A DNA stretch of 64,000 bases, taken from positions 79,794,001 through 79,858,000 of the forward strand of contig OX597831.1 of the NCBI GenBank assembly GCA_951406725.2. Direction: 5' to 3'. Numbering within the stretch: the first letter of the stretch is position 1; each line of letters starts with the position of its first letter. Shown here in pieces: positions 46,824-60,579 of this stretch. The position numbers and the translations under genes were made by a program. Under the pieces are notes generated by a model, which did no database searches, was not told the origin of the DNA, and saw only the letters and a program-made list of their open reading frames with translations. The DNA is from Octopus vulgaris. Lineage: Eukaryota.

Positions 46824-48029
46824 ATGCACATGGCGGCTGCTTACTCCATCCATCATTATTGAAATACTGTAAGAATGCATCGGAGTACACCACGATCATT
46901 AATATCATCGACATAAAATGGTGGATCGCCATTTCATCTCGGCAGACAGCGTCCCGTCGCCATCACTGCCATCGTGTCCATCGTGATCATCCTCATCACC
47001 AATGCCGGAATATCCACTTAGCCACCCACATTACCAATACCATCAGAATAATAATGGTTTCAAATTTTCGGCACGAGACCAGCAATGTTGAAGAGAAGGG
47101 GGGAAAGTCGTTTACATCGATCCCAGGGCTCTAGTGACATTTTATCGATATCGATCTCTCCGCCGCTGCCAAGGGTGAAAAGCAAAAATCGAAATTAGAA
47201 TGTAAAGATGGACGAAATACTACTCCCTTTGTCTATTTTTCCAACTACCCTCGAAGAAAAACTCTTTAAGTATTCAGTTTAAGCTGGTCTAAAACATTTC
47301 CGTTTCCTATTTTTACAATTTATAAATTAATTTTAAGCTTCCAAAATTCCGTGCTGTACGGAAAGATGTCGTTGTTGTTGAAATCGTAACTTTCTATTGC
47401 TTTTGGTCTTAATAGTTTATTTCAAAATTTTGCCATAAAGGTCTGACACAGAGTGGCTTGCGCTCTGGACAAAAATACTGAGATGATGAAAAAGGATGAT
47501 TTTTTTTTGCTTCTCAAATACATTATTCTTTTTAAAAAAAAGAGGTATTAGACTTCTTACTTTAGTTTTTAATTACAAATTTTCTTTTGTCTTTCTACAA
47601 AAAAGAACACACAAAAATGAGCTAATAAACCTCTTCCACAGACTGAGACACCAAGTCTCTTCAACCATCCCCTATCAATTCTCTTGCCGCCTGCAGGTAA
47701 TTCCTCAGCCGCAAGTCGGGGCGTCAAAAGATGTAATGTTTCTTCGGACAGGACTCCACTATTCGAAAGAACTCTTTCTTTCACCATCAGCGCCGGCACC
47801 TGCGGAGGCCAATGCTGACTATCAGTACAGGCCGATTCCATCAGGTCCTGACTGTCAAGACAACTGTTTAGAAAGTTGTCAACAACCACTCCCCTTTTCT
47901 TTCACTTAGAGGGGCCACAGCTTCCTCTGTCGGTGGCACGAAGTTGGTCTTCATAGTTATTGATTTAATGGTTCGTTGGCGGTGTTGCTTGTGTTCATGG
48001 ATTGCTTCTTTTACTGCAAATGGTGACAC

Positions 48030-48560
48030 TGCTGTTGGTATGATGGCGATGTCGGTGGACGCACTGCAGTTAACATCGTTTTAGAAGCAAGGCTGGGCAA
48101 CAGAGCCTATAACTAGACTGCTATATCGGTTGATAAACGTATGTATGATACTGAATACAATTTATCTTACTCATCCAGCATCTTACACATTTAAGATGAC
48201 TGATGTAAAACTACAATTGCATCAGAAGCTTTGTAACTACAGGAAATACAAACTTCTAGTAACTTGCAGTTGCTTAGCTGCAATGCCGTGTATTTTGTTA
48301 TGAAAAGTTTTCTTAGCGCCACCAATTCTCTGGTCAGTTTTACTACAACTGTTTTAAACATATTAGAGTAGTCTTCTCGTAGACCTTACTTTCACATCGG
48401 TTTAACTTCTGACACCGGGGTACCTTTTAGGTTACCCTTTACATCCATTCTTCTGTCACTTTACAAACTTGCACAACGCAATTTGGTTCAGAAAACTTTG
48501 CAACGGGTAGTTGTATCAACCACCCGTATCCTGGATCAGGCTACAAATGTTTTATCAGTT
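48030..48560. repeat. Old dispersed repeat, paralogous to ~53730-54440
   Basis: Shared colinear blocks gtcggtggac, tttaagatg..cgtaaaactacaattgc, agacctt..ttt.acatcggttt, gtatcaa.cacc. Confidence 0.65.
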
Positions 48561-48869
48561 CCCTATCCATTCTGTTTCCAGTCCATGTACCTTTTTGATT
48601 GTGCAGTTTCTCCCCACTTCGAGTGTGTCGAAGAATTGATCCATTTTGTAAACCATTCAATAATATTTACACTTGACGGATATTTGTCCTCATCTTGTTT
48701 AACAAAACGTTTCGCTGATATACCCTCCAGCCTTCATCCGGTGTCATGGGGAAATTTCAAACCTGGGTTCGATGTTATTATTCAGCTCAATAGCAATCTA
48801 TTAAGCAACAACTACCCCTAAAACATACTATCTTTATGAAGAAAGAGGACGAAACCGATAAACTGTCCA

Positions 48870-49165
48870 GTCTGTCAACCCTATGTGAAAGGCTTCTCCG
48901 AAGAGATGCAAAATATATACGGTCCATATGACATCGTGACAGCATTCAAGAGTAATACAACACTTCGCAAATATCTTCTTCGGGTAAAAACCACCAACAG
49001 AAGAGAATATGATCAAAAACTGCGTGTGCTCTATTTCATGCAGCTGCGGTAGGTTAAACAAAGATGAAACATGCCGCCCCCTCAAAATAAGGGAAGATGA
49101 ACATCGCAAATCTGTGACATGAGGAGATATTGATAAATCGGGTAAAGCTGATCATGTATGTGAAA
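48870..49165 (+). mobile_element. Penelope-like element remnant (GIY-YIG endonuclease region)
   Basis: Translates across frameshifts as PYVKGFSE..TAFKSNTTLRKYL..NCVCSISCSCG..ETCRPLKIR..EH..KSGKADH. Confidence 0.65.
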
Positions 49166-49739
49166 ATGGAGAACTTTAGAAGCAATTTGTCTCGAGTCCC
49201 CTCCAATAGACCCAACCTCGTTTCAGCAAATTTTAATTCGAACAGGACGATGACGTTCCTTATATTCATAAACCTAAACAACTCGGTTTTGGCATGTTTG
49301 TTTGTGGAGTACATTGTTTTAAAAAAAACGTTTTTCTTGTGGATGACTTCACTTTCAGATACGCTTAGTTTATAAATGGCTGTAGTTTTCCCTTAACACT
49401 GGTTTTTCTTGGGGTTGTCTTCCCTTCATCCTCTGAAAAGATTGCTTCCATTCGTTGCGTTGCGTTCGTAAATGGATATTCTTTACCGTTATTCCAAAGT
49501 TCTTGACATTGTATTAGATATCGTTTTCGTTGTTGGTCATCAGCTCTCTTCAGGGTCTGATGAGGATTCCGCAGTGGTTTAATTTTATTTTATTTTACCC
49601 CATATCGGGCAAAATGGTGCCTGTATTTGATTTGACATACTTGTGGCTTCATTTTCTTTTTGTCTGTGAAATGTCATGTGTGTCACTAATTAGATAAGGC
49701 ATTTGGCGAGTTGAACGATACATTTATTGCATTTTACCC

Positions 49740-51913
49740 TATTTTTACCCGCATCCTCGCCTAATACAACCGCAAGGAGCCTCTTCCTGTCTTTTTTGTA
49801 CAAGTTCTGGTGACGGGCGTATCTACGAAGCTTACCCCACCGCCGAAAATTGGACTTATCAGCTACCCTATCCACACTATTTCCCCCGGCAGCATCTTCC
49901 CTACGCATCTTGCAGTGCTCCATCCAGTCCTCGACTCTACTAACAAATGAGCCCCAGGCAGCCGTGGTCCCGCCTTTCACTAGTTCTAACAGGGCTTCAG
50001 AGAAGACCGCAGACCAACGGGTATGCCCAGGACATGCAGCATCGAGGAAATGATCCTTCCAGTCTTAACAAGACGAAGGTCCGACCTCGACATGTGGTTG
50101 GGATTCGGCCACGGACCGCCCTGACCCTTGATGACTCTCGCGACCCCTTTTGGCCAGGGCTGTCCTCTTGGATCCTACCTGTTTGGCTGTTTTGCCCGGT
50201 AAGAACCGTGCAATGTCAGCACTGATTAGCCTAACTCCTACCGCCAAGAACTAGGCCTCCTTCTCGACGAGGACCGCTACTTCCTCGTCTGACCAGCAGC
50301 CTCTGCGTCTTCGGCCCAAGGCCTCGGCAGCGGCTGCCCGATCAGCACGCATCTTCGCCAGCTGCTCTTTGAGAAGCCATCCTGCGCGCATTCGTAGCCA
50401 CAGGATGTTTATGGCGTTCATGCTGTGATCTGCCTGCAGCCGTCAAAAAAGAACGACTGCAGTGGTCACATTGGAAGAGAGACCGAGTAGGACTAGGAGC
50501 AGGCGCATCAAATGCACCACTACACAGGCCGGCGTAACACCTCATCGAATGGAGGTGCCCGCTTTCCCTACCACATTTACTGTATCTGTAAACCAGTTTA
50601 ATGCCGTGTCCACATTGTATATGTTCTCCCCATCGTTGGGGAGAAGAGAGGCGCCGAGGACATAGCGGACAAGCTATGGAGCACGACGCGCAGGAAATAG
50701 GCAGCGTAAATTCGCTCCCTGCAAGAATGAGGCTTGATACCCTCACTACTTCTCGGTCCGCTTCTAAAGTAAGAGAGTGGACGTCATGGATGGGGTCATG
50801 CGCTAGGTCCAGCGGGAGCTGAGAGCCTTTCACTACCAGGGTCTGTGTGGGGTATATTAATCTAAATAAGCCCTGTTTCTATTATACATCAGTGTCGGGC
50901 ACAATGTATAGCACCCACCGATGGTCCTGTCACAATCCTGTGGGCCACTAGCTATACCTTGCGGTGGAGATGGCCTGTTGTCCACCGCAGGAGAAGAAAG
51001 CGAAGAGGCCAAGCGTGAGGGGGTAACACGCCCAGCCTAATCTGCGAGCCACGTCTCTGACCCGCAGGCCACCAGTTTAATGCCGCCGGCGGCCGTATGT
51101 TTGTGAACTTGTTATTAATCATGTTTACTATGAGGCGGCAATTTCCATGTTACATGGCTGCACCCTACAGGAGAGATAGACAAACCACCACCCCAACCAC
51201 CTAAACATCTGAGTCATAGTTACATCTTGGACACGTGGAGTCCCCTCAGACCCCACGTGTCAAGGCACCAGCCGGATGTCGGGGTCGTAATCGATAGCGC
51301 CTACAGGGATCAACGTCAAATCGTAGAAAACTATTAATTGCTGATTCTGTTCGGCTCGTCCTGCATAATCGGTAATATTTGTAACGGAGGCATAACCCAA
51401 CGTCAGCGGATGACGCATTTGGGGATTAGTCTCACCATCTGGGGAAGACTTAATCCGCCATCACACCGGCTGCTATACAAGAAGGAAGAGGAAGTGGTAT
51501 CCGAGAGATGCAGAATCCCCCTAGCTCCTACGCGGATGACCGTGTCTAGTCGCTTGAGAATTCCACTTGACGGCAGCACCTGCGTGACACTTTAGAAAAG
51601 TCACGGCAGATAATATTGCTGCAGTAAAAGGAATTTCTGTCGGGGTTTCAGTGGAGCCCATCCGCCATAGCTCCCCACACGGACGTAAGCTCTTTCACCA
51701 CGAGAAGGTAGTGTCCATAAGGGTAAAGCCTGGCAGTGCGTCCACCTACCGGAAAACAACGGGTCATAACACGCCAGACGCCCAAAACGGGCGTACGGTG
51801 GAGCAGCCACCCACTCAGTCCCGGCAGGTCATAACATACCAGACAGACCTGGTGGTGCATCCACCTACTGAAAAAATAGTAGGTCATAACGCACCAGGCC
51901 CCACGAAATAACC
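49740..51913 (-). mobile_element. Old, diverged R2 subfamily, scrambled (5' ribozyme, thumb/CCHC fragments, then N-terminal ZF/Myb region)
   Basis: ORF 50342..50833 with 3 ZFs, 50065..50247 Myb, LKPRQKFLLLQQYYLP at 51601-51655, ribozyme core 51680-51913. Confidence 0.88.
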
Positions 51914-52099
51914 CTTGAAATATTTCAGGGGAGAAGTCTTTTAAAGGACCAGCTTTAGGGAAATCGTTTTTAGTATCCTTTAACTTATGTTGTCTAAAAT
52001 GAAAAGTTTTGTGTGCGGGAAAGTTGAACTTCTGTGAATGTTTTTTAATCTTTTGAGATTTGCTCAATCTTTTTCTCCAGCTCTTTGTTCGTAGAGCTG

Positions 52100-53640
52100 A
52101 TTACTATAATATTAGGGGGTTTTTTTGTGGGGAGAGGGAGTTTGCGTTTTGTGTTCTTGCGATGCATTTACTTGTACTGAGGACTGTTGGGGCTGGGATT
52201 TTCCAATTTTTGCGGGGAATTATTGGTCCAACTCCAAATTTGAGATTTTCGTTTCCTGTTCCCTTTTTGACCGTTTTAGGGTTTTCCATCTCCTATCTAG
52301 AGATTTCCACTAGAAGTGGAGTTGCAGATGTTTTCTCTCGGTGGGGGGAGGGGGGATTTTGCTCTTATGTGGCCTTTTTGGCCACACTTATAGCAGCAGG
52401 GTTTTCTACCTCCACCATCACCTGAGTTTTTCTTCCCACACCTGAATTGACAGCGATCTTTCCAAGGTCGACAGGGGCAGCCTGTATTAGCATCTCTAAG
52501 TCCTGCGACTCCCAGTTCTGCTGATGAAACTTGGTTGCTTGGAGGATGGTAATTTTTCTCCAAGCCAAAGATTGGTGCAGCCAGGCAACGTCTACCTCCA
52601 GTGAAACGTCTCCCACCCTTACCTTTGAAGTACGCCTTCCAAGGAATGTACCCCAAATCTTCAACTGCGCGTTAAGCAGTGATGGGTCGAAAATCATCTA
52701 TATCCCCCTTGTTTGGGTCCTTAACAGCACCACAACTCTCCGGCTCACAGATCTAGGTATGAACCCATTCTCTAGTCCCGGAGACTTGTCCCCTCCACTT
52801 CCGTAGCTGTGATAGGCCCCACATAGCAATACACTTCCCACCCCGCAAGAGACGCGGCAAACCGATGAGGAAGTCTGAAGTCCTCCCTGCGATCCAGCCC
52901 ACGCCCCTCCCGAACAGCTGGGCGAAATGCTCGAGAAAAACCTCGCACATCTCCTGGGGTTCGTTTACCGAACGCTCATCTTGATCCGTCAAGAACATCA
53001 TTGTGACATCATTGCCACGCCTGGTCTCTATCACAGGGCCCCATCCGACAGCGTTGATTCCCTCTCGTCTCATTGCACGAAGCTTTGCTCCTGATAATGC
53101 ATCCCTTGTTTGACGCCCAACCAATAATTCGAGGCTAATATCGCGGCCACAACTTGAGGCGTATCTACCTCTTCTAGATCCTTAACAAGGTCCCTTTCTT
53201 TTTTATTCTTACTTGCTAATTCTTTACTAAACTTAACACTCAAACTTGATACCTTCTTTTGAGGGTATGCTACCATTTGTTATTAATGTTTCCGGTTAAT
53301 ACCCTCATTATTAATTGCCTCATCTGACTCCTGTTCTTCATAACCTATCAAAGTCAAGTCAAGCCTACAGGTAACAAATTTGTGAACACTGTAACTGACA
53401 TAGTGGAATTGTGTACACCGTGCTAAGTATTTATCTTTACACCTAACAATCTTAAGATCTAGAAAACCTGATGCTATTAGGCCATGTCTACAATGGAGAT
53501 TCCGAGAGTTCTAATCCGTATCGATCTGCTAGCTGAGAACGACTGATCAGATCGCTGAGGTATGAGTTACCCCTCCTATCTGGATTCGAGCCAACCCAAT
53601 CTATGCGTGCGTCGAAAATCGTGTTAATCTCCAAGTACTT
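52100..53640 (-). mobile_element. Highly decayed, rearranged Tx1-like fragments (ORF1 knuckle plus ORF2 APE/linker)
   Basis: CYKCGQKGHIRA in 52297..52656; RGND..EPQEMCEVFLEHFAQLFG in 52753..53124. Confidence 0.75.
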
Positions 53641-53729
53641 TGCAAGTTTTTTGCTTGTCCGGTCTGGCAGGGCTTGGTGACTGTAACCTCAGTTTTATAT
53701 TCGTTGATAGCGAGCGGTGAAGCAGGTGG

Positions 53730-54440
53730 TTTTCAGACTGCTATGGCGGTGTCGGTGGACACGCCGCAGTTTACGTTCTCTTAAGAGAATCTGGCAAATG
53801 ATTCTATTTCTGAAGTTTTGTGTTTGTTAATAAAAGCAGTCTGATAGCAATATGCTGTTTATATTCCTCCGATGGCTTACATTATTTAAGATGGCTAACG
53901 TAAAACTACAATTGCCTCGTGGAATGAGTGGTTTTTAGCTACATAACATACAAACTATTAGCTTAGTTATGGCCATTATCTGTTATGCCTCACAATTTGT
54001 AATGTCAAATTTCCTTTGCATCGCTAATGCTCTTATTACGATAGTTTTTACTGCAGATATCGACATTTCTTAAATACAGAGGTTTCAATGCATCTCCGTA
54101 ACTTTGTGTTTTTTTACAGTGCACACTCGCTAGGGTTAGATTTAGGGTTACGTAGCTGCGTCGGGACCTCTGTACTTTAGTACCTAGATGTCGAACTTTT
54201 CTGAACGTTTTGTCGCAGACCTTTCTTTTACATCGGTTTGTAAAGATTTCCTTTGCAAACCGATTTTAGTCCCACCGAGCTTTTATTCATCTGCCTGTTT
54301 ACAACCTTTAAAAAATGCAATAGTTTACTACTAAAATCTTTCTCCAACCGATAATAGTATCAATCACCTCGATCCTGTCTCGTGACACAAATATTACAAA
54401 TATACGTTTTTATCAGATTTATATCCTTTATCAGTAACCA
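53730..54440. repeat. Old dispersed repeat, paralogous to ~48030-48560
   Basis: Same shared blocks as at 48030-48560. Confidence 0.6.
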
Positions 54441-56469
54441 TATCCTTATTGGGTCCTTGGTCTGGATTACGGTCATCTTCCAAGTCTACATAACTACCCA
54501 AACTCCTCCCCCCTAATCACTCTGGATTTCAAATTGACTAGTTTTAGTCTCTTTAACCCTGCCAGTGAATGCGTTTAAGCCCCTTTACTCTCTCTATACT
54601 CTCCAGTGTGCTAAGTCAAGAAGCAGTTTTAGACAGGGCTCTTTTACATACCTCTCTCACAGCCAGGTCCCCTAACTTCCAAATCCCATTGACGACTACG
54701 CACACAGTCACTTAAAACACCTTAAGAAAAATCACCCACCAACGAAATAGATTTTATTTATTGTTGGAAGTCTTGAAAGCCGAACAGAATCGTACCTTTT
54801 TTTTTTTTTATTGTACAAAAACCCCAGGAAGATTTTCGGTAGGGTATTTAATTTTTTTTTCCTTCAGTGGCACCGATGCAGTGTGAAAATAATTGTCATA
54901 AGCAGGCTGTGAAAATATCTATTAGCGGACTTTGTTCTGGGCCAGAATACAAATCAACGCCTTATCGCTATTGCTGAAAGTGACTGGCTGCCCTCACCTA
55001 TATCAGTATCACAATATTACTTTTGCTTAACCTCTGATTTCAAAACAAAATCGCAGGATGCAATGACGTGGTCACACAATCTCCTGTAAGACTCCATCCT
55101 CCAGTTTGGTACACTTTCATTGGAAAGAAATATTGGCTCTCATTGTTATCTCACCCGTGAATTAACACATTGGTACTTAGGAAGAGGACAAGGCCTCATT
55201 CAGCAACTACAGAAACCCTTTACTAACTCCAGTTGTCAAATTATGCAACGCAAAAGGACATAAAATAAATTGTAAGTTTTTTCATAAAAGTATATTGGTT
55301 AGTATTGTGACAGGCTTAACTGGCTCATTGCCGCCAATAAAGATGTCCTCAAACCTTTCACCCGCAACAACCATACTTCTTTTGCGATAGCCACTAGACG
55401 GAGGAAAACTGCCTTTCCCTGTTAAAGCAGCGGAGCAATCTTTATGGACTCGGTCGACAGCCGTTCTCGTCTCAGACGCGACAGGTTTTCAACATAAACC
55501 CACGTCGCTCTGTTTGCATCTCAGACAGGTCCGACTGACGCCACTTTTGTGCCTTAAGTCTAGAAATTGATCTTTGGTATAAAAACTCATATTGGCAATG
55601 ACTACACAATTAATCTGAAAGATTTTCAATCCGATTTCAACCATTGATGTTACAATTTGTTCTACGAAAGAAAATAAAAATGTCTGATATTGTGACTGTA
55701 AGTTGTCATTCACAAAGGTGACAGATTTCACTCCTTCATAGATCTAGTGATCACAAAGAGGCCCAAACTGAAATATTTGTTCCTGGGCAAATATCAAAAC
55801 GAAATCTTCTCCATGTGTCTTTAAAAGAACCTCTGCTAGTTTTGGCGATATTCAAATGAATTCTGTTGGTCCACTACCACAAACCAAAAGATCCAATTAC
55901 CACCACTCGCACTCTTTAACTTCTACCGACTAAGACATCTTTGACTGAAGCAGCAATTTTGTTACATCATTTTGGAAACTATTATCAATTTTCTCATTGA
56001 TCCTTGGACATTTTTGCCTCGAATTTTTGGACTCGGAACCGGTTAACTCGTTTCCAGTTTGTTACTCGGAATATTAAACACCAGTTTCATCATTACCTAA
56101 TGTTAATTCCATAGCTTTTCTTTTATTCATTACGTCTTATATTTCAAGAGAATTTGGACATCTGCTTACCCTTCATGGAATGTATGATGAAGCGGTTTCT
56201 CTCAACTGATTCAACCCCCACTCATTATTGAGATACGGACTATTATCTGGCATTTAGCTCCAATAATGAGTTATTCAAGAGGAAGAAGAAAGCGCTCGTC
56301 ACCTTTTCGCAAACACCACCTCAAATTTGTCAAATGCGACAGATTTTGCAACCTGGACCAACAATCCGGTCATTGCACCAACGTTTCCTTTCCGCACACG
56401 AGACTAGTGGCCTTCATAAACTTCTCCATCAGAACCAGCAGTATTTACATCTAGGTAGCTTTTAAAGAG

Positions 56470-56650
56470 AGCAGCAATATGGCGGAATCGTTACCACGTC
56501 GGAGAAAATGCGAAGCATTTCCTTTAAGTTCTGAGCTGAGCTCAAAACACGAGACTAATTTGGCCTTTCACCTCTCTCGGAGTCGAGAAAATCAAATACT
56601 GAGATAGATAAAATCAACTTGTTCCCCTCCTCTCAATTTCTGGCAACGAA
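56470..56650 (+). mobile_element. Degenerate SINE
   Basis: tggcggaatcgttaccacgtcggagaaaatgc...ttctgag...ttggcctttcacctctc. Confidence 0.55.
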
Positions 56651-58117
56651 CTGGCATCCCGATCAGGGAGAATGGGAGCTCCATCTCACTTATGTCATGG
56701 GCACCGGCGAACCACATTTTTTAGTCTTATGGCTCAGCTTTCGTAACTTTTTACAAGGTTTACTCAAGAGGAAGCAGCAGATGGTCTACCATTCTTTTAA
56801 CCAAACTTCGCAACATTACTGTAATATTCCACCCTCTACCTCACACCTTCTGTTTCAACTGTTAATACAAAGAAATTCGAGATATGGAATATAGACACGT
56901 TGAAACTTATTCTTGGAATTCTTCAAGATTTCACTTTTTTAATTTTAAAAATGCTGGTTTGTTTCTGAAATAAGCTAATCCTCCAGAGAAGCCCCGACTT
57001 GCTAGTAATAGTCACCAACTTGCCTCAAATACGTGCTACTGTCTTAAAATGTATACGAGGCGAAAAGGGAAGTCAGGGTGATCAACTAGAACGACGCTCG
57101 TCATATATTTACTTAACAGAACAGTCTTGGAGATAAGCAGAAGCAACATTGTTCCAATAATTAGCAGCCAGAACATAACGGTTTTTCGGACCGTTTCCAA
57201 GTCTCTTTTTGTATAACATTTGAAGCTGACTTTATTGGTCCCGAAACTATTCTGATTCATTTGTATTACCCTCATTTCCCCCACTTGTTGATATGTATTG
57301 CATTATTTGTATACGGTAACCCTTAAGAGCACAAATGGAGCGAAGAGAATAAGAGATGGACATATGGACAGTGTGAAAGATTACAACAGACAAATTCGAA
57401 GAATTGAACAAAATGCAAACATAGATTGAAGTTGTTATTGGTAAATATTTCGCCGGATGAAGAAAAAGTAGACCAACGTTTTGGGTGAACTCTTATCAAA
57501 GAAGCAAAAGCAATATCCATTCGATGCATGTGGGTATCCTCCTGCAACATGCTCTGACCGTAATTGCTTTTCTTCCGATGTTCTCCAATTTGTTTTCTGA
57601 CGTTCAGTTTATACCGCTCAACGTCTCCAGTGTTTATTTGTATAGATATTCTTTTTTCCAGGGTTCATTTTCAATGGTTACCGTTTATTTTGTTCGCCAT
57701 TTACTGTTTAGTTGTTAATGAATATTATAACTGGCATAAAAAGCCTGTTTACACGATAATTTTTATTTGTAACTATTAATGTTTGCTTTCCCAATTTTCA
57801 GTTTCAGATCTTAGCCAGCGTAATTCGTGCCAGTGTTTCGCAATGTTTGTTTCTAGTGTTCACTGACTCCTCTGTTCACTGACTCCTTTGTTCACTATTT
57901 GCAACATTTTCTTTTAACAATGACTTGGCACATGCAGGTTTACACTCTCAAAAGCCTGTTACCATAAACTATTCAATTTTCAAGCGTTCAGTTCCTAATG
58001 TCCAGTTTCTACTGTTCAACTTCATTGCTCCCAGTTTTTCTCTCCCACTGCTTCGTTCTAGTGTTCCATTGTCCACTGTTTGCATCGTTCACTATTTGTA
58101 ATGAATAGCGTGACACA

Positions 58118-58870
58118 TGGGCGGTGCATTGGCAGAATCGTTAATGCGACAGACAAGATACTTTGAGACATTTGTTGTAGGTGTAACCGTTCCGAGTTCA
58201 AATCCCACCGGAGTGAACTTTTATAAACTCCGCAGATAAAAAAAAATCTAAAACAGGTGTTCGATTTCATCGACTAACGCTCCTTCCCACTTAAAATTCT
58301 GGCTTTGACTCAATTTCTCCCCCTGCACCAATCAATAGTGGTAGACTGCTATATTCGTTCAAAATGCTTTGCAATATTTAGTTACGGTTCTTCACATTCT
58401 GAGTTCGAATCCTACCGAGATCAACTTCATCGAACTAGGATAAAATGGTAGTTCCAGTAACCTATTGGTTTGGATAATCGACTTTACCTGTCCCTTACAA
58501 AATTCTGGCCTTGTTGCTATGTTGCATTTTTTTTTTTTTTTTGTGCTAGATTCAGGATCGGTAACGCGACGAATTGAATGCCTTCCGGTGTTAGTAACGT
58601 TTTAATATTAATATTCCCATCCGAATCTGGAATACTGCTGGTTTGGAATTTTTCCAGAATTGGAATATGCTCTTGTGCCTATATTTGCAGCGGATTGGCC
58701 GACTCGTTAGAACTCTCGGGGGAAAATACTTTAAGCTATTTTTCTTACCATCTCTTCAATTTGTCAAATATGGCCGATTCATTTGACCTTTTCTCCTTCC
58801 GCAGCTGGTAAAATCAAGTACCAGTCGTGTAATACTTTCTTCCCTCAAAATTGCTGGCCTTGTTCCAAAA
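58118..58870 (+). mobile_element. Cluster of about three degenerate SINEs
   Basis: ggcggtgcattggcagaatcgttaatg..gagttcaaatcccaccg; ttctgagttcgaatcctaccgag; aagtaccagtc..aaaattgctggccttg. Confidence 0.6.
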
Positions 58871-58894
58871 CTTAAAAAGTATCTCTAAGGTGCA

Positions 58895-59175
58895 TAATCA
58901 GCAGCAGCAGCACCATCATCATCGTCATTTGCTGCCTTTCTTCCTTTTTTCATCCTCCTTCTCTCCCACCTCCTCCTCCGCCTTATCAGCATCATCCTCA
59001 ACATCATCGTTACCAGTATCACCGTCAACAGCATCAATTATCATCATTGTAATTATTATTCTCCTCCTCCTCCGAATCATCGTCGTCGTCGTCATCGTGA
59101 AAACTGCCATCGCTAACAGCAGCGTCACCAATGCTACAACCACCTCCACCACCATTCTCAGTGTCGCCATCATCA
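58895..59175. repeat. Trinucleotide low-complexity tract (CAG/CAT/CCT/CGT)
   Basis: Directly visible. Confidence 0.85.
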
Positions 59176-59654
59176 GTCGAACAAACTATGTGACAGCATT
59201 TCTTCTGGCTCTGTCCAGAGTTCGAATCCTGTCGATGTCACCTTTGAATTTCGTGTCGGTATCGATAAAATAGCAGCATCCCATTGACTTTCTTTCTCTG
59301 AATCGGCTTTGATGCCGTGGCACAAGGATCGTAGATGTTACTTGTCACAACCTTCCCTTTTTATTCAGAAACGATTTACTGAGGGTTTAGAGACCCTCAA
59401 AACCCACTATTCTAATAGTACAGACAAAGCGACAGATTAAATTCTCGTCGGTGTTCAATTTCGCTATCTTATATTCGAGGTTCAAATCCGGCTGTCGGTT
59501 TTTAAGTTTCCCAGCTAAATATGTACCAGCGATGGTAACTGGGTTTGATTGATTCAACCTCACCATTTTTCTGTATACGAAATAAGCAGGTTCGACGTCA
59601 GTACTGTTAAAATGTCGGTTTTAATACCTTGTGGTATTGTCGCATCCTTTTACG

Positions 59655-59742
59655 CCTCGGGCTTCTTTCAGTTTCCGTCTACCAAATCCACTCACAAGGC
59701 TTTGGTCGGCTCGATGCTATAGTAGAAGGCACCTGCCCAAGA
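59655..59742. mobile_element. Fragment of an abundant octopus-type SINE-like repeat
   Basis: cttctttcagtttccgtctaccaaatccactcacaaggctttggtcgg; recurs at 61664-61790 and 63935-64000. Confidence 0.65.
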
Positions 59743-60579
59743 TTAACAAGTTTGAGTTAATCTTTTATGCATTTCCAAGATCGGTAAGATGTATTATATC
59801 GATCTTCTGGCTCCTAATATATTATATTCATCCAACATGAATTTCCTGATGTGGCCATGCTAGAACCCTCATTCTTATATTTTCAATATGTAAAATATTG
59901 TACATACTTATAGAATTGTTTCTTCTTCCCTCGTTTATTACTGTTATTTTAACTCTTGTCCATTATCCGGAAATCTTTCGCCACACATCTGTGACCTCTT
60001 CAGCGATACTTTTCGTTTTCATGTGTGTTCTTGCTCCACTTACTCCATTCTCAAGTCTTTGGTATGTGATATATACTATACACAATATACACACACTTAC
60101 CTACATGAATGTGTAGTGTGTAGTATGACGTTCATGCAGTAGAACGCTGGATCAGTTAAGAAGGTAAAAATATAAAAAGATTGTGAAATTCGGCTACCCA
60201 GGGTTTCCCAGCCGAATTAACTTATTTAACCGTCTGCAAAGCTGTTGAATAAACTGTAAAAAAACAAACACGAAACCTTATCATTATGTATATTTTATTT
60301 AAATTGTTTTCTGATTTGTAAATTTTGATATGAAATAAATTATGTAACGTTTTATTGGGATTTCTGATCAATAAAATATATTTTGTATTGTTTAAGCAAA
60401 ATGTTGTTCATGTATAGTTCTGTTCATTTCTTGATATGAAACTTGTACATTTATATTTGTTCTATTTTTGATGTTTTAAAACATTTTTGGTGTATGGGAA
60501 ATGTTTCCCTAAAACTGCACAACAACATTTGATGTTATTCATATAACTTCTATATTATACAGAACACTGATATTTTATA

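Noticed and set aside
57000-57300. Possible pogo/Tigger DDE remnant (LLII.NN motif)
   Set aside because: Too degenerate; no TIRs or clear catalytic motifs visible
58851-59273. Membrane-protein-like ORFs with poly-Q/H/S/T
   Set aside because: Trinucleotide simple repeats
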